Below are positions 12,651 through 27,840 of a stretch of 64,000 nt of DNA, piece after piece. The position numbers and the translations under genes are program-made. The notes beneath the pieces are model-generated. The model was not told where the DNA came from. It was given only the letters and a program-made list of their open reading frames with translations, and ran no database searches. Where the stretch lies: NCBI GenBank assembly GCA_040954595.2, contig CM082582.2, positions 1,658,303-1,722,302 on the forward strand, given 5' to 3'. Source of the DNA: Balanoglossus misakiensis. Its lineage: Eukaryota > Animalia > Hemichordata. Position 1 is the first letter of the stretch; each line of letters opens with the position of its first letter.

Positions 12651-15600
12651 TCATGGGTGAAAATCATTAATAAATGACAAATTTTCGACTTTGCAAAATC
12701 TCAAAATTTCGTCGATTTTTGAAAAAAATCATGAGTTTGTTGATTTTTAAAAAAAAACATTGGTGAAAATCATCAAAAAATTACAAATTTTCGACTTTGC
12801 AAAATCTCAAAATTTTGTCGATTTTTGAAAAAAAATCATGGGTGAAAATCATCAAAAAATGACAAATTTTCGACTTTGCAAAATCTCAAAATTTCGTCGA
12901 TTTTTGAGAAAAATCATGGGTGAAAATCATCAAAAAATGACAAATTTTCGACTTTGCAAAATCTCAAAATTTTGTCGATTTTTGAAAAAAAATCATGGGT
13001 TCGTTGATTTTTGAAAAAAAACATGGGTGAAAATCATCAAAAAATTACAAATTTTCGAATTTGCATAATCTCAAAATTTCGTCGATTTTTGAAAATAAAA
13101 ACGGGTGAAAATCATCAAAAAATTACAAATTTTTGTTTTTGCAAAATCTCAAAATTTCGTCGACTTTTGAAAAAAATCATGGGTGAAAATCATCAAAAAA
13201 TGACAAATTTTCGTCTTTGCTAAATCTAAAAATTTTGTCGATTTTTGAAAAAAATCATGGGTGAAAATCATCAAAAAATGACAAATTTTCGACTTTGCAA
13301 AATCTCAAATTTCGTCGTTTTTTGAAAAAAATCATTGGTGAAAATCATCAAAAAATGACAAATTTTCGACTTTGCAAAATCTAAAAATTTTGACGATTTT
13401 TGAAAAAAATCATGGGTAAAAATAATCAAAAAATGACAAATTTTCGACTTTGCAAAATCTCAAAATTTTGTCGGTTTTTGAAAAAAGAAATCATGGGTGA
13501 AAATCATCAAAAAATGAAAAATTTTCGACTTTGCAAAATCTCAAAATTTCGTCGATTTTTGAAAAAAATCATGGGTGAAAATCATCAAAAAATGACAAAT
13601 TTTCGACTTTGCAAAATCTCAAAATTTCGTCGATTTTTGAAAAAAATCATGGGTTCGTTCAATTTTGAAAAAAAACATGGGTGACAATCATCAAAAAATT
13701 ACAAATTTTCGACTTTGCAAAATCTCAACATTTTGTCGATTTTTGAAAAAAAATCATGGGTGAAAATCATTAATAAATGACAAATTTTCGACTTTGCAAA
13801 ATCTCAAAATTTCGTCGATTTTTGAAAAAAAATTATGGGTTCGTTGATTTTTGAAAAAAAACATGGGTGAAAATCATCAAAAAATGACAAATTTTCGACT
13901 TTGCAAAATCTCAAAATTTCGTCGATTTTTGACAAAAATCATGGGTGAAAATCATCAAAAAATGACAAATTTTCGACTTTGCAAAATCTCAAAATTTCGT
14001 CGATTTTTGAAAAAAATCATGGGTTCGTTGATTTTTGAAAAAAAACATGGGTGAAAATCATCAAAAAATTACAAATTTTCGTCTTTGCAAAATCTCAAAA
14101 TTTCGTCGATTTTTGTAAAAAATCATGGGTGAAAATCATCAAAAAATGACAAATTTTCGACTTTGCAAAATCTCAAAATTTCGTACATTTTAAAAAAAAA
14201 ATCATGGGTGAAATTCATCAAAAAATGACAAATTTTCGTCTTTGCAAAATCTCAAAGTTTCGTACATTTTTAAAAAAAAATCATGGGTGAAATTCATCAA
14301 AAAATGACAAATTTTCGTCTTTGCAAAATCTCAAAATTTCGCCGATTTTTGAAAAAAACAATCATGGTGAAAATCATAAAAAAATGACAAGTTTTCGACT
14401 TTGCAAAATCTCAAAATGTTGTCAATTTTTGAAAAAAATCATGGGTTCGTTGATTTTTAAAAAAAAACTGGTGAAAATCATCAAAAAATTACAAATTTTC
14501 GACTTTGCAAAATCTCAAAATTTTGTCGATTTTTGTAAAAAAAACATGGGTGAAAATCATTAAGAAATGACAAATTTTCGACTTTGCAAAATCTCAAAAT
14601 TTCGTCGATTTTTGAAAAAAAAATCATGGGTTCGTTCAATTTTTGAAAAAAAACATGGGTGAAAATCATCAAAAAGTTACAAATTTTCGACTTTGCAAAA
14701 TCTCAAAATTTTGTCGATTTTTGAAAAAAAATCATGGGTGAAAATCATTAATAAATGACAAATTTTCGACTTTGCAAAATCTCAAAATTTCGTCGATTTT
14801 TGAAAAAAAAATCATGGGTGAAAATCATCAAAAAATGACAAATTTTCGACTTTGCAAAATCTCAAAATGTTGTCAATTTTTGAAAAAAATCATGAGTTTG
14901 TTGATTTTTAAAAAAAAACATTGGTGAAAATCATCAAAAAATTACAAATTTTCGACTTTGCAAAATCTCAAAATTTTGTCGATTTTTGAAAAAAAAACAT
15001 GGGTGAAAATAATTAAAAAATGCCAAATTTTCGACTTTGCAAAATCTCAAAATTTCGTCGATTTTTAAAAAAAAATTATGGGTTCGTTGATTTTTGAAAA
15101 AAAAAACATGGGTGAAAATCATCAAAAAATGTCAAATTTTTGACTTTGCAAAATCTCAAAATTTTGTCGATTTTTGTAAAAAATCACGGGTGAAAATCAT
15201 CAAAAAATGACAAATTTTTGTCTTTGCAAAATCTCAAAATTTCGTCGACTTTTGAAAAAAATCATGGGTGAAAATCATCAAAAAATTACAAATTTTCGTC
15301 TTTGCAAAATCTCAAAATTTTGTCGATTTTTGAAAAAAATCACGGGTGAAAATCATCAAAAAATGACAAATTTTCGACTTTGCAAAATCTCAAAATTTCG
15401 TACATTTTTGAAAAAAAATCATGGGTGAAAATCATCAAAAAATGACAAATTTTCGTCTTTGCAAAATCTCAAAATTTCGTCGATTTTTAAAAAAAAATCA
15501 TGGTGAAAATCATCAAAAAATGACAAATTTTCGACTTTGCAAAATCTCAAAATGTTGTCAATTTTTGAAAAAAATCATGAGTTTGTTGATTTTAAAAAAA

Positions 15601-18600
15601 AAACATTGGTGAAAATCATCAAAAAATTACAAATTTTCGACTTTGCAAAATCTCAAAATTTTGTCGATTTTTGAAAAAAAAACATGGGTGAAAATAATTA
15701 AAAAATGCCAAATTTTCGACTTTGCAAAATCTCAAAATTTCGTCGATTTTTAAAAAAAAATTATGGGTTCGTTGATTTTTGAAAAAAAAAAAACATGGGT
15801 GAAAATCATTAATAAATGACAAATTTTCGACTTTGCAAAATCTCAAAATTTCGTCGATTTTTGAAAAAAAATTATGGGTTCGTTGATTTTTGAAAAAAAA
15901 CATGGGTGAAAATCATCAAAAAATGACAAATTTTCGACTTTGCAAAATCTCAAAATTTCGTCGATTTTTGACAAAAATCATGGGTGAAAATCATCAAAAA
16001 ATGACAAATTTTCGACTTTGCAAAATCTCAAAATTTCGTCGATTTTTGAAAAAAATCATGGGTTCGTTCAATTTTGAAAAAAAACATGGGTGAAAATCAT
16101 CAAAAAATTACAAATTTTCGACTTTGCAAAATCTCAAAATTTTGTCGATTTTTGAAAAAAAATCATGGGTTCGTTGATTTTTGAAAAAAAACATGGGTGA
16201 AAATCATCAAAAAATTACAAATTTTCGTCTTTGCAAAATCTCAAAATTTCGTCGATTTTTGTAAAAAATCATGGGTGAAAATCATCAAAAAATGACAAAT
16301 TTTCGACTTTGCAAAATCTCAAAATTTCGTACATTTTAAAAAAAAAATCATGGGTGAAATTCATCAAAAAATGACAAATTTTCGTCTTTGCAAAATCTCA
16401 AAATTTCGTACATTTTTAAAAAAAAATCATGGGTGAAATTCATCAAAAAATGACAAATTTTCGTCTTTGCAAAATCTCAAAATTTCGCCGATTTTTGAAA
16501 AAAACAATCATGGTGAAAATCATAAAAAAATGACAAATTTTCGACTTTGCAAAATCTCAAAATGTTGTCAATTTTTGAAAAAAATCATGGGTTCGTTGAT
16601 TTTTAAAAAAAAACATTGGTGAAAATCATCAAAAAATTACAAATTTTCGACTTTGCAAAATCTCAAAATTTTGTCGATTTTTGTAAAAAAAACATGGGTG
16701 AAAATCATTAAGAAATGACAAATTTTCGACTTTGCAAAATCTCAAAATTTCGTCGATTTTTGAAAAAAAAATCATGGGTTCGTTCAATTTTTGAAAAAAA
16801 ACATGGGTGAAAATCATCAAAAAGTTACAAATTTTCGACTTTGCAAAATCTCAAAATTTTGTCGATTTTTGAAAAAAAATCATGGGTGAAAATCATTAAT
16901 AAATGACAAATTTTCGACTTTGCAAAATCTCAAAATTTCGTCGATTTTTGAAAAAAAAATCATGGGTGAAAATCATCAAAAAATGACAAATTTTCGACTT
17001 TGCAAAATCTCAAAATGTTGTCAATTTTTGAAAAAAATCATGAGTTTGTTGATTTTTAAAAAAAAACATTGGTGAAAATCATCAAAAAATTACAAATTTT
17101 CGACTTTGCAAAATCTCAAAATTTTGTCGATTTTTGAAAAAAAAACATGGGTGAAAATAATTAAAAAATGCCAAATTTTCGACTTTGCAAAATCTCAAAA
17201 TTTCGTCGATTTTTTAAAAAAAATTATGGGTTCGTTGATTTTTGAAAAAAAAAACATGGGTGAAAATCATCAAAAAATGTCAAATTTTTGACTTTGCAAA
17301 ATCTCAAAATTTTGTCGATTTTTGAAAAAAATCACGGGTGAAAATCATCAAAAAATGACAAATTTTTGTCTTTGCAAAATCTCAAAATTTCGTCGACTTT
17401 TGAAAAAAATCATGGGTGAAAATCATCAAAAAATTACAAATTTTCGTCTTTGCAAAATCTCAAAATTTTGTCGATTTTTGAAAAAAATCACGGGTGAAAA
17501 TCATCAAAAAATGACAAATTTTCGACTTTGCAAAATCTCAAAATTTCGTACATTTTTGAAAAAAAATCATGGGTGAAAATCATCAAAAAATGACAAATTT
17601 TCGTCTTTGCAAAATCTCAAAATTTCGTCGATTTTTAAAAAAAAATCATGGTGAAAATCATCAAAAAATGACAAATTTTCGACTTTGCAAAATCTCAAAA
17701 TGTTGTCAATTTTTGAAAAAAATCATGAGTTTGTTGATTTTTAAAAAAAAACATTGGTGAAAATCATCAAAAAATTACAAATTTTCGACTTTGCAAAATC
17801 TCAAAATTTTGTCGATTTTTGAAAAAAAAACATGGGTGAAAATAATTAAAAAATGCCAAATTTTCGACTTTGCAAAATCTCAAAATTTCGTCCATTTTTG
17901 AAAAAATCATGAGTGAAAATCATCAAAAAATGACAAATTTTCGACTTTGCAAAATCTCAAAATTTCGTCGATTTTTGAAAAAAATCATGGGTGAAAATCA
18001 TCAAAAAATGACAAATTTTCGACTTAGCAAAATCTCAAAATTTTGTCGATTTTTGAAAAAAATCATAGGTGAAAATCATCAAAAAATGACAAATTTTCGA
18101 CTTTGCAAAATCTCAAAATTTCGTCGATTTTGAAAAAAATCATGGGTGAAAATCATCAAAAAATGACAAATTTTCGTCTTTGCAAAATCTCAAAATTTCG
18201 TACATTTTTGAAAAAAAATCATGGGTGAAAATCATCAAAAAATGACAAATTTTCGTCATTGCAAAATCTCAAAATTTCGTCGATTTTTAAAAAAAAAATC
18301 ATGGTGAAAATCATCAAAAAATGACAAATTTTCGACTTTGCAAAATCTAAAAATTTTGTCGATTTTTGAAAAAAATCATGGGTGAAAATAATCAAAAAAT
18401 GACAAATTTTCGACTTTGCAAAATCTCAAAATTTTGTCGGTTTTTGAAAAAAGAAATCATGGGTGAAAATCATCAAAAAATGACAAATTTTCGACTTTGC
18501 AAAATCTCAAAATTTCGTCGATTTTTGAAAAAAATCATGGGTGAAAATCATCAAAAAATGACAAATTTTCGACTTTTTGAAAAAAAATCATGGGTTCGTT

Positions 18601-21600
18601 GATTTTTGAAAAAAAACATGGGTGAAAATCATCAAAAAATTACAAATTTTCGAATTTGCATAATCTCAAAATTTCGTCGATTTTTGAAAATAAAAACGGG
18701 TGAAAATCATCAAAAAATTACAAATTTTTGTTTTTGCAAAATCTCAAAATTTCGTCGACTTTTGAAAAAAATCATGGGTGAAAATCATCAAAAAATGACA
18801 AATTTTCGTCTTTGCTAAATCTAAAAATTTTGTCGATTTTTGAAAAAAATCATGGGTGAAAATCATCAAAAAATGACAAATTTTCGACTTTGCAAAATCT
18901 CAAATTTCGTCGTTTTTTGAAAAAAATCATTGGTGAAAATCATCAAAAAATGACAAATTTTCGACTTTGCAAAATCTAAAAATTTTGACGATTTTTGAAA
19001 AAAATCATGGGTAAAAATAATCAAAAAATGACAAATTTTCGACTTTGCAAAATCTCAAAATTTTGTCGGTTTTTGAAAAAAGAAATCATGGGTGAAAATC
19101 ATCAAAAAATGAAAAATTTTCGACTTTGCAAAATCTCAAAATTTCGTCGATTTTTGAAAAAAATCATGGGTGAAAATCATCAAAAAATGACAAATTTTCG
19201 ACTTTGCAAAATCTCAAAATTTCGTCGATTTTTGAAAAAAATCATGGGTTCGTTCAATTTTGAAAAAAAACATGGGTGACAATCATCAAAAAATTACAAA
19301 TTTTCGACTTTGCAAAATCTCAACATTTTGTCGATTTTTGAAAAAAAATCATGGGTGAAAATCATTAATAAATGACAAATTTTCGACTTTGCAAAATCTC
19401 AAAATTTCGTCGATTTTTGAAAAAAATCATGGGTAAAAATAATCAAAAAATGACAAATTTTCGACTTTGCAAAATCTCAAAATTTTGTCGGTTTTTGAAA
19501 AAAGAAATCATGGGTGAAAATCATCAAAAAATGAAAAATTTTCGACTTTGCAAAATCTCAAAATTTCGTCGATTTTTGAAAAAAATCATGGGTGAAAATC
19601 ATCAAAAAATGACAAATTTTCGACTTTGCAAAATCTCAAAATTTCGTCGATTTTTGAAAAAAATCATGGGTTCGTTCAATTTTGAAAAAAAACATGGGTG
19701 ACAATCATCAAAAAATTACAAATTTTCGACTTTGCAAAATCTCAACATTTTGTCGATTTTTGAAAAAAAATCATGGGTGAAAATCATTAATAAATGACAA
19801 ATTTTCGACTTTGCAAAATCTCAAAATTTCGTCGATTTTTGAAAAAAAATTATGGGTTCGTTGATTTTTGAAAAAAAACATGGGTGAAAATCATCAAAAA
19901 ATGACAAATTTTCGACTTTGCAAAATCTCAAAATTTCGTCGATTTTTGACAAAAATCATGGGTGAAAATCATCAAAAAATGACAAATTTTCGACTTTGCA
20001 AAATCTCAAAATTTCGTCGATTTTTGAAAAAAATCATGGGTTCGTTCAATTTTGAAAAAAAACATGGGTGAAAATCATCAAAAAATTACAAATTTTCGAC
20101 TTTGCAAAATCTCAAAATTTTGTCGATTTTTGAAAAAAAATCATGGGTGAAAATCATCAAAAAATGACAAATTTTCGACTTTGCAAAATCTCAAAATTTC
20201 GTAGATTTTTGAGAAAAATCATGGGTGAAAATCATCAAAAAATGACAAATTTTCGACTTTGCAAAATCTCAAAATTTTGTCGATTTTTGAAAAAAAATCA
20301 TGGGTTCGTTGATTTTTGAAAAAAAACATGGGTGAAAATCATCAAAAAATTACAAATTTTCGTCTTTGCAAAATCTCAAAATTTCGTCGATTTTTGTAAA
20401 AAATCATGGGTGAAAATCATCAAAAAATGACAAATTTTCGACTTTGCAAATTCTCAAAATTTCGTACATTTTAAAAAAAAAATCATGGGTGAAATTCATC
20501 AAAAAATGACAAATTTTCGTCTTTGCAAAATCTCAAAATTTCGTACATTTTTAAAAAAAAATCATGGGTGAAATTCATCAAAAAATGACAAATTTTCGTC
20601 TTTGCAAAATCTCAAAATTTCGCCGATTTTTGAAAAAAACAATCATGGTGAAAATCATAAAAAAATGACAAATTTTCGTCTTTGCAAAATCTCAAAATTT
20701 CGCCGATTTTTAAAAAAAAACATTGGTGAAAATCATCAAAAAATTACAAATTTTCGACTTTGCAAAATCTCAAAATTTTGTCGATTTTTGTAAAAAAAAC
20801 ATGGGTGAAAATCATTAAGAAATGACAAATTTTCGACTTTGCAAAATCTCAAAATTTCGTCGATTTTTGAAAAAAAAATCATGGGTTCGTTCAATTTTTG
20901 AAAAAAAACATGGGTGAAAATCATCAAAAAGTTACAAATTTTCGACTTTGCAAAATCTCAAAATTTTGTCAATTTTTGAAAAAAAATCATGGGTGAAAAT
21001 CATTAATAAATGACAAATTTTCGACTTTGCAAAATCTCAAAATTTCGTCGATTTTTGAAAAAAAAATCATGGGTGAAAATCATCAAAAAATTACAAATTT
21101 TCGACTTTGCAAAATCTCAAAATTTTGTCGATTTTTGTAAAAAAAACATGGGTGAAAATCATTAAGAAATGACAAATTTTCGACTTTGCAAAATCTCAAA
21201 ATTTCGTCGATTTTTGAAAAAAAAATCATGGGTTCGTTCAATTTTTGAAAAAAAACATGGGTGAAAATCATCAAAAAGTTACAAATTTTCGACTTTGCAA
21301 AATCTCAAAATTTTGTCAATTTTTGAAAAAAAATCATGGGTGAAAATCATTAATAAATGACAAATTTTCGACTTTGCAAAATCTCAAAATTTCGTCGATT
21401 TTTGAAAAAAAAATCATGGGTGAAAATCATCAAAAAATGACAAATTTTCGACTTTGCAAAATCTCAAAATGTTGTCAATTTTTGAAAAAAATCATGAGTT
21501 TGTTGATTTTTAAAAAAAAACATTGGTGAAAATCATCAAAAAATTACAAATTTTCGACTTTGCAAAATCTCAAAATTTTGTCGATTTTTGAAAAAAAATC

Positions 21601-22599
21601 ATGGGTGAAAATCATCAAAAAATGACAAATTTTCGACTTTGCAAAATCTCAAAATTTCGTCGATTTTTGAGAAAAATCATGGGTGAAAATCATCAAAAAA
21701 TGACAAATTTTCGACTTTGCAAAATCTCAAAATTTTGTCGATTTTTGAAAAAAAATCATGGGTTCGTTGATTTTTGAAAAAAAACATGGGTGAAAATCAT
21801 CAAAAAATTACAAATTTTCGTCTTTGCAAAATCTCAAAATTTCGTCGATTTTTGTAAAAAATCATGGGTGAAAATCATCAAAAAATGACAAATTTTCGAC
21901 TTTGCAAAATCTCAAAATTTCGTACATTTTAAAAAAAAAATCATGGGTGAAATTCATCAAAAAATGACAAATTTTCGTCTTTGCAAAATCTCAAAATTTC
22001 GTACATTTTTAAAAAAAAATCATGGGTGAAAATCATCAAAAAATGACAAATTTTCGACTTTGCAAAATCTCAAAATTTCGTCGATTTTTGAGAAAAATCA
22101 TGGGTGAAAATCATCAAAAAATGACAAATTTTCGACTTTGCAAAATCTCAAAATTTTGTCGATTTTTGAAAAAAAATCATGGGTTCGTTGATTTTTGAAA
22201 AAAAACATGGGTGAAAATCATCAAAAAATTACAAATTTTCGTCTTTGCAAAATCTCAAAATTTCGTCGATTTTTGTAAAAAATCATGGGTGAAAATCATC
22301 AAAAAATGACAAATTTTCGACTTTGCAAAATCTCAAAATTTCGTACATTTTAAAAAAAAAATCATGGGTGAAATTCATCAAAAAATGACAAATTTTCGTC
22401 TTTGCAAAATCTCAAAATTTCGTACATTTTTAAAAAAAAATCATGGGTGAAATTCATCAAAAAATGACAAATTTTCGTCTTTGCAAAATCTCAAAATATC
22501 GCCGATTTTTGAAAAAAACAATCATGGTGAAAATCATAAAAAAATGACAAATTTTCGACTTTGCAAAATCTCAAAATGTTGTCAATTTTTGAAAAAAAT

Positions 22600-25500
22600 C
22601 ATGGGTTCGTTGATTTTTAAAAAAAAACATTGGTGAAAATCATCAAAAAATTACAAATTTTCGACTTTGCAAAATCTCAAAATTTTGTCGATTTTTGTAA
22701 AAAAAACATGGGTGAAAATCATTAAGAAATGACAAATTTTCGACTTTGCAAAATCTCAAAATTTCGTCGATTTTTGAAAAAAAAATCATGGGTTCGTTCA
22801 ATTTTTGAAAAAAAACATGGGTGAAAATCATCAAAAAGTTACACATTTTCGACTTTGCAAAATCTCAAAATTTTGTCGATTTTGAAAAAAAATCATGGGT
22901 GAAAATCATTAATAAATGACAAATTTTCGACTTTGCAAAATCTCAAAATTTCGTCGATTTTTGAAAAAAAAATCATGGGTGAAAATCATCAAAAAATGAC
23001 AAATTTTCGACTTTGCAAAATCTCAAAATGTTGTCAATTTTTGAAAAAAATCATGAGTTTGTTGATTTTTAAAAAAAAACATTGGTGAAAATCATCAAAA
23101 AATTACAAATTTTCGACTTTGCAAAATCTCAAAATTTTGTCGATTTTTGAAAAAAAAACATGGGTGAAAATAATTAAAAAATGCCAAATTTTCGACTTTG
23201 CAAAATCTCAAAATTTCGTCGATTTTTAAAAAAAAATTATGGGTTCGTTGATTTTTGAAAAAAAAAACATGGGTGAAAATCATCAAAAAATGTCAAATTT
23301 TCGACTTTGCAAAATCTCAAAATTTTGTCGATTTTTGAAAAAAATCACGGGTGAAAATCATCAAAAAATGACAAATTTTCGACTTTGCAAAATCTCAAAA
23401 TGTTGTCAATTTTTGAAAAAAATCATGGGTTCGTTGATTTTTAAAAAAAAACATTGGTGAAAATCATCAAAAAATTACAAATTTTCGACTTTGCAAAATC
23501 TCAAAATTTTGTCGATTTTTGTAAAAAAAACATGGGTGAAAATCATTAAGAAATGACAAATTTTCGACTTTGCAAAATCTCAAAATTTCGTCGATTTTTG
23601 AAAAAAAAATCATGGGTTCGTTCAATTTTTGAAAAAAAACATGGGTGAAAATCATCAAAAAGTTACAAATTTTCGACTTTGCAAAATCTCAAAATTTCGT
23701 CGATTTTTGAAAAAAAATCATGGGTGAAAATCATCAAAAAATGACAAATTTTCGACTTTGCAAAATCTCAAAATTTCGTCGATTTTTGAGAAAAATCATG
23801 GGTGAAAATCATCAAAAAATGACAAATTTTCGACTTTGCAAAATCTCAAAATTTCGTCGATTTTTGAAAAAAAATCATGGGTGAAAATCATCAAAAAATG
23901 ACAAATTTTCGACTTTGCAAAATCTCAAAATTTCGTTGATTTTTGAGAAAAATCATGGGTGAAAATCATCAAAAAATGACAAATTTTCGACTTTGCAAAA
24001 TCTCAAAATTTTGTCGATTTTTGAAAAAAAAATCATGGGTTCGTTGATTTTTGAAAAAAAACATGGGTGAAAATCATCAAAAAATTACAAATTTTCGAAT
24101 TTGCAAAATCTCAAAATTTCGTCGATTTTTGAAAAAAAATCATGGGTGAAAATCATCAAAAAATGACAAATTTTCGACTTTGCAAAATCTCAAAATTTCG
24201 TCGATTTTTGAAAAAAAGTCATGGGTGAAAATCATCAAAAAATTACAAATTTTCGTCTTTGCAAAATCTCAAAATTTCGTCGATTTTTGAAAAAAAAATC
24301 ATGGGTAAAAATTATCAAAAAATTACAAATTTTCGACTTTGCAAAATCTCAAAATTTCGTCGATATTTAAAAAAAAATCATGGTGAAAATCATCAAAAAA
24401 TGACATATTTTCGACTTTGCAAAATCTAAAAATTTTGTCGATTTTTGAAAAAAATCATGAGTGAAAATAATCAAAAAATGACAAATTTTCGACTTTGCAA
24501 AATCTCAAAATTTTGTCGATTTTTGAGAAAAATCATGGGTGAAAATCATTAAAAAATGACAAATTTTCGACTTTGCAAAATCTCAAAATTTCGTAGATTT
24601 TTGAAAAAAAATCATGGGTGAAAATCATCAAAAAATGACACATTTTCGTCTTTGCAAAATCTCAAAATTTGGTCGATTTTAGAAAAAAAAAATCATGGGT
24701 GAAAATCATCAAAAAATGACAAATTTTCGACTTTGCAAAATCTAACAATTTCGTCGATTTTTGAAAAAAATCATTTTGAAAATCATCAAAAGATGACAAA
24801 TTTTCGACTTTGCAAAATCTCAAAATTTCGTCGGTTTTTGAAAAAAGAAATCATGGGTGAAAATCATCAAAAAATGACAAATTTTCGACTTTGCAAAATC
24901 TCAAAATTTCGTCGATTTTTGAAAAAAATCATGGGTGAAAATCATCAAAAAATGACAAATGTTCGACTTTGCAAAATCTCAAAATTTCGTCGATTTTTGA
25001 AAAAAATCATGGGTTCGTTCAATGTTGAAAAAAAACATGGGTGAAAATCATCAAAAAATAACAAATTTTCGACTTTGCAAAATCTCAAAATTTTGTCGAT
25101 TTTTGAAAAAAAATCATGGGTTCGTTGATTTTTGAAAAAAATCATGGGTGAAAATCATTAATAAATGACAAATTTTCGACTTTGCAAAATCTCAAAATTT
25201 CGTCGATTTTTGAAAAAAATCATGGGTTCGTTGATTTTTAAAAAAAAACATTGGTGAAAATCATCAAAAAATTACAAATTTTCGACTTTGCAAAATCTCA
25301 AAATTTTGTCGATTTTTGTAAAAAAAACATGGGTGAAAATCATTAAGAAATGACAAATTTTCGACTTTGCAAAATCTCAAAATTTCGTCGATTTTTGAAA
25401 AAAAAATCATGGGTTCGTTCAATTTTTGAAAAAAAACATGGGTGAAAATCATCAAAAAGTTACACATTTTCGACTTTGCAAAATCTCAAAATTTTGTCGA

Positions 25501-27840
25501 TTTTGAAAAAAAATCATGGGTGAAAATCATTAATAAATGACAAATTTTCGACTTTGCAAAATCTCAAAATTTCGTCGATTTTTGAAAAAAAAATCATGGG
25601 TGAAAATCATCAAAAAATGACAAATTTTCGACTTTGCAAAATCTCAAAATGTTGTCAATTTTTGAAAAAAATCATGAGTTTGTTGATTTTTAAAAAAAAA
25701 CATTGGTGAAAATCATCAAAAAATTACAAATTTTCGACTTTGCAAAATCTCAAAATTTTGTCGATTTTTGAAAAAAAAACATGGGTGAAAATAATTAAAA
25801 AATGCCAAATTTTCGACTTTGCAAAATCTCAAAATTTCGTCGATTTTTAAAAAAAAATTATGGGTTCGTTGATTTTTGAAAAAAAAAACATGGGTGAAAA
25901 TCATCAAAAAATGTCAAATTTTCGACTTTGCAAAATCTCAAAATTTTGTCGATTTTTGAAAAAAATCACGGGTGAAAATCATCAAAAAATGACAAATTTT
26001 CGACTTTGCAAAATCTCAAAATGTTGTCAATTTTTGAAAAAAATCATGGGTTCGTTGATTTTTAAAAAAAAACATTGGTGAAAATCATCAAAAAATTACA
26101 AATTTTCGACTTTGCAAAATCTCAAAATTTTGTCGATTTTTGTAAAAAAAACATGGGTGAAAATCATTAAGAAATGACAAATTTTCGACTTTGCAAAATC
26201 TCAAAATTTCGTCGATTTTTGAAAAAAAAATCATGGGTTCGTTCAATTTTTGAAAAAAAACATGGGTGAAAATCATCAAAAAGTTACAAATTTTCGACTT
26301 TGCAAAATCTCAAAATTTCGTCGATTTTTGAAAAAAAATCATGGGTGAAAATCATCAAAAAATGACAAATTTTCGACTTTGCAAAATCTCAAAATTTCGT
26401 CGATTTTTGAGAAAAATCATGGGTGAAAATCATCAAAAAATGACAAATTTTCGACTTTGCAAAATCTCAAAATTTCGTCGATTTTTGAAAAAAAATCATG
26501 GGTGAAAATCATCAAAAAATGACAAATTTTCGACTTTGCAAAATCTCAAAATTTCGTTGATTTTTGAGAAAAATCATGGGTGAAAATCATCAAAAAATGA
26601 CAAATTTTCGACTTTGCAAAATCTCAAAATTTTGTCGATTTTTGAAAAAAAAATCATGGGTTCGTTGATTTTTGAAAAAAAACATGGGTGAAAATCATCA
26701 AAAAATTACAAATTTTCGAATTTGCAAAATCTCAAAATTTCGTCGATTTTTGAAAAAAAATCATGGGTGAAAATCATCAAAAAATGACAAATTTTCGACT
26801 TTGCAAAATCTCAAAATTTCGTCGATTTTTGAAAAAAAGTCATGGGTGAAAATCATCAAAAAATTACAAATTTTCGTCTTTGCAAAATCTCAAAATTTCG
26901 TCGATTTTTGAAAAAAAAATCATGGGTAAAAATTATCAAAAAATTACAAATTTTCGACTTTGCAAAATCTCAAAATTTCGTCGATATTTAAAAAAAAATC
27001 ATGGTGAAAATCATCAAAAAATGACATATTTTCGACTTTGCAAAATCTAAAAATTTTGTCGATTTTTGAAAAAAATCATGAGTGAAAATAATCAAAAAAT
27101 GACAAATTTTCGACTTTGCAAAATCTCAAAATTTTGTCGATTTTTGAGAAAAATCATGGGTGAAAATCATTAAAAAATGACAAATTTTCGACTTTGCAAA
27201 ATCTCAAAATTTCGTAGATTTTTGAAAAAAAATCATGGGTGAAAATCATCAAAAAATGACACATTTTCGTCTTTGCAAAATCTCAAAATTTGGTCGATTT
27301 TAGAAAAAAAAATCATGGGTGAAAATCATCAAAAAATGACAAATTTTCGACTTTGCAAAATCTAACAATTTCGTCGATTTTTGAAAAAAATCATTTTGAA
27401 AATCATCAAAAGATGACAAATTTTCGACTTTGCAAAATCTCAAAATTTCGTCGGTTTTTGAAAAAAGAAATCATGGGTGAAAATCATCAAAAAATGACAA
27501 ATTTTCGACTTTGCAAAATCTCAAAATTTCGTCGATTTTTGAAAAAAATCATGGGTGAAAATCATCAAAAAATGACAAATGTTCGACTTTGCAAAATCTC
27601 AAAATTTCGTCGATTTTTGAAAAAAATCATGGGTTCGTTCAATGTTGAAAAAAAACATGGGTGAAAATCATCAAAAAATAACAAATTTTCGACTTTGCAA
27701 AATCTCAAAATTTTGTCGATTTTTGAAAAAAAATCATGGGTTCGTTGATTTTTGAAAAAAATCATGGGTGAAAATCATTAATAAATGACAAATTTTCGAC
27801 TTTGCAAAATCTCAAAATTTCGTCGATTTTTGAAAAAAAA
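22600..27840 (+). repeat. Tandem higher-order duplication, unit ~2621 bp
   Basis: Identical ORFs at 22643/25264, 23095/25716, 23239/25860, 23467/26088 and 24733/27353. Boundaries approximate. Confidence 0.88.
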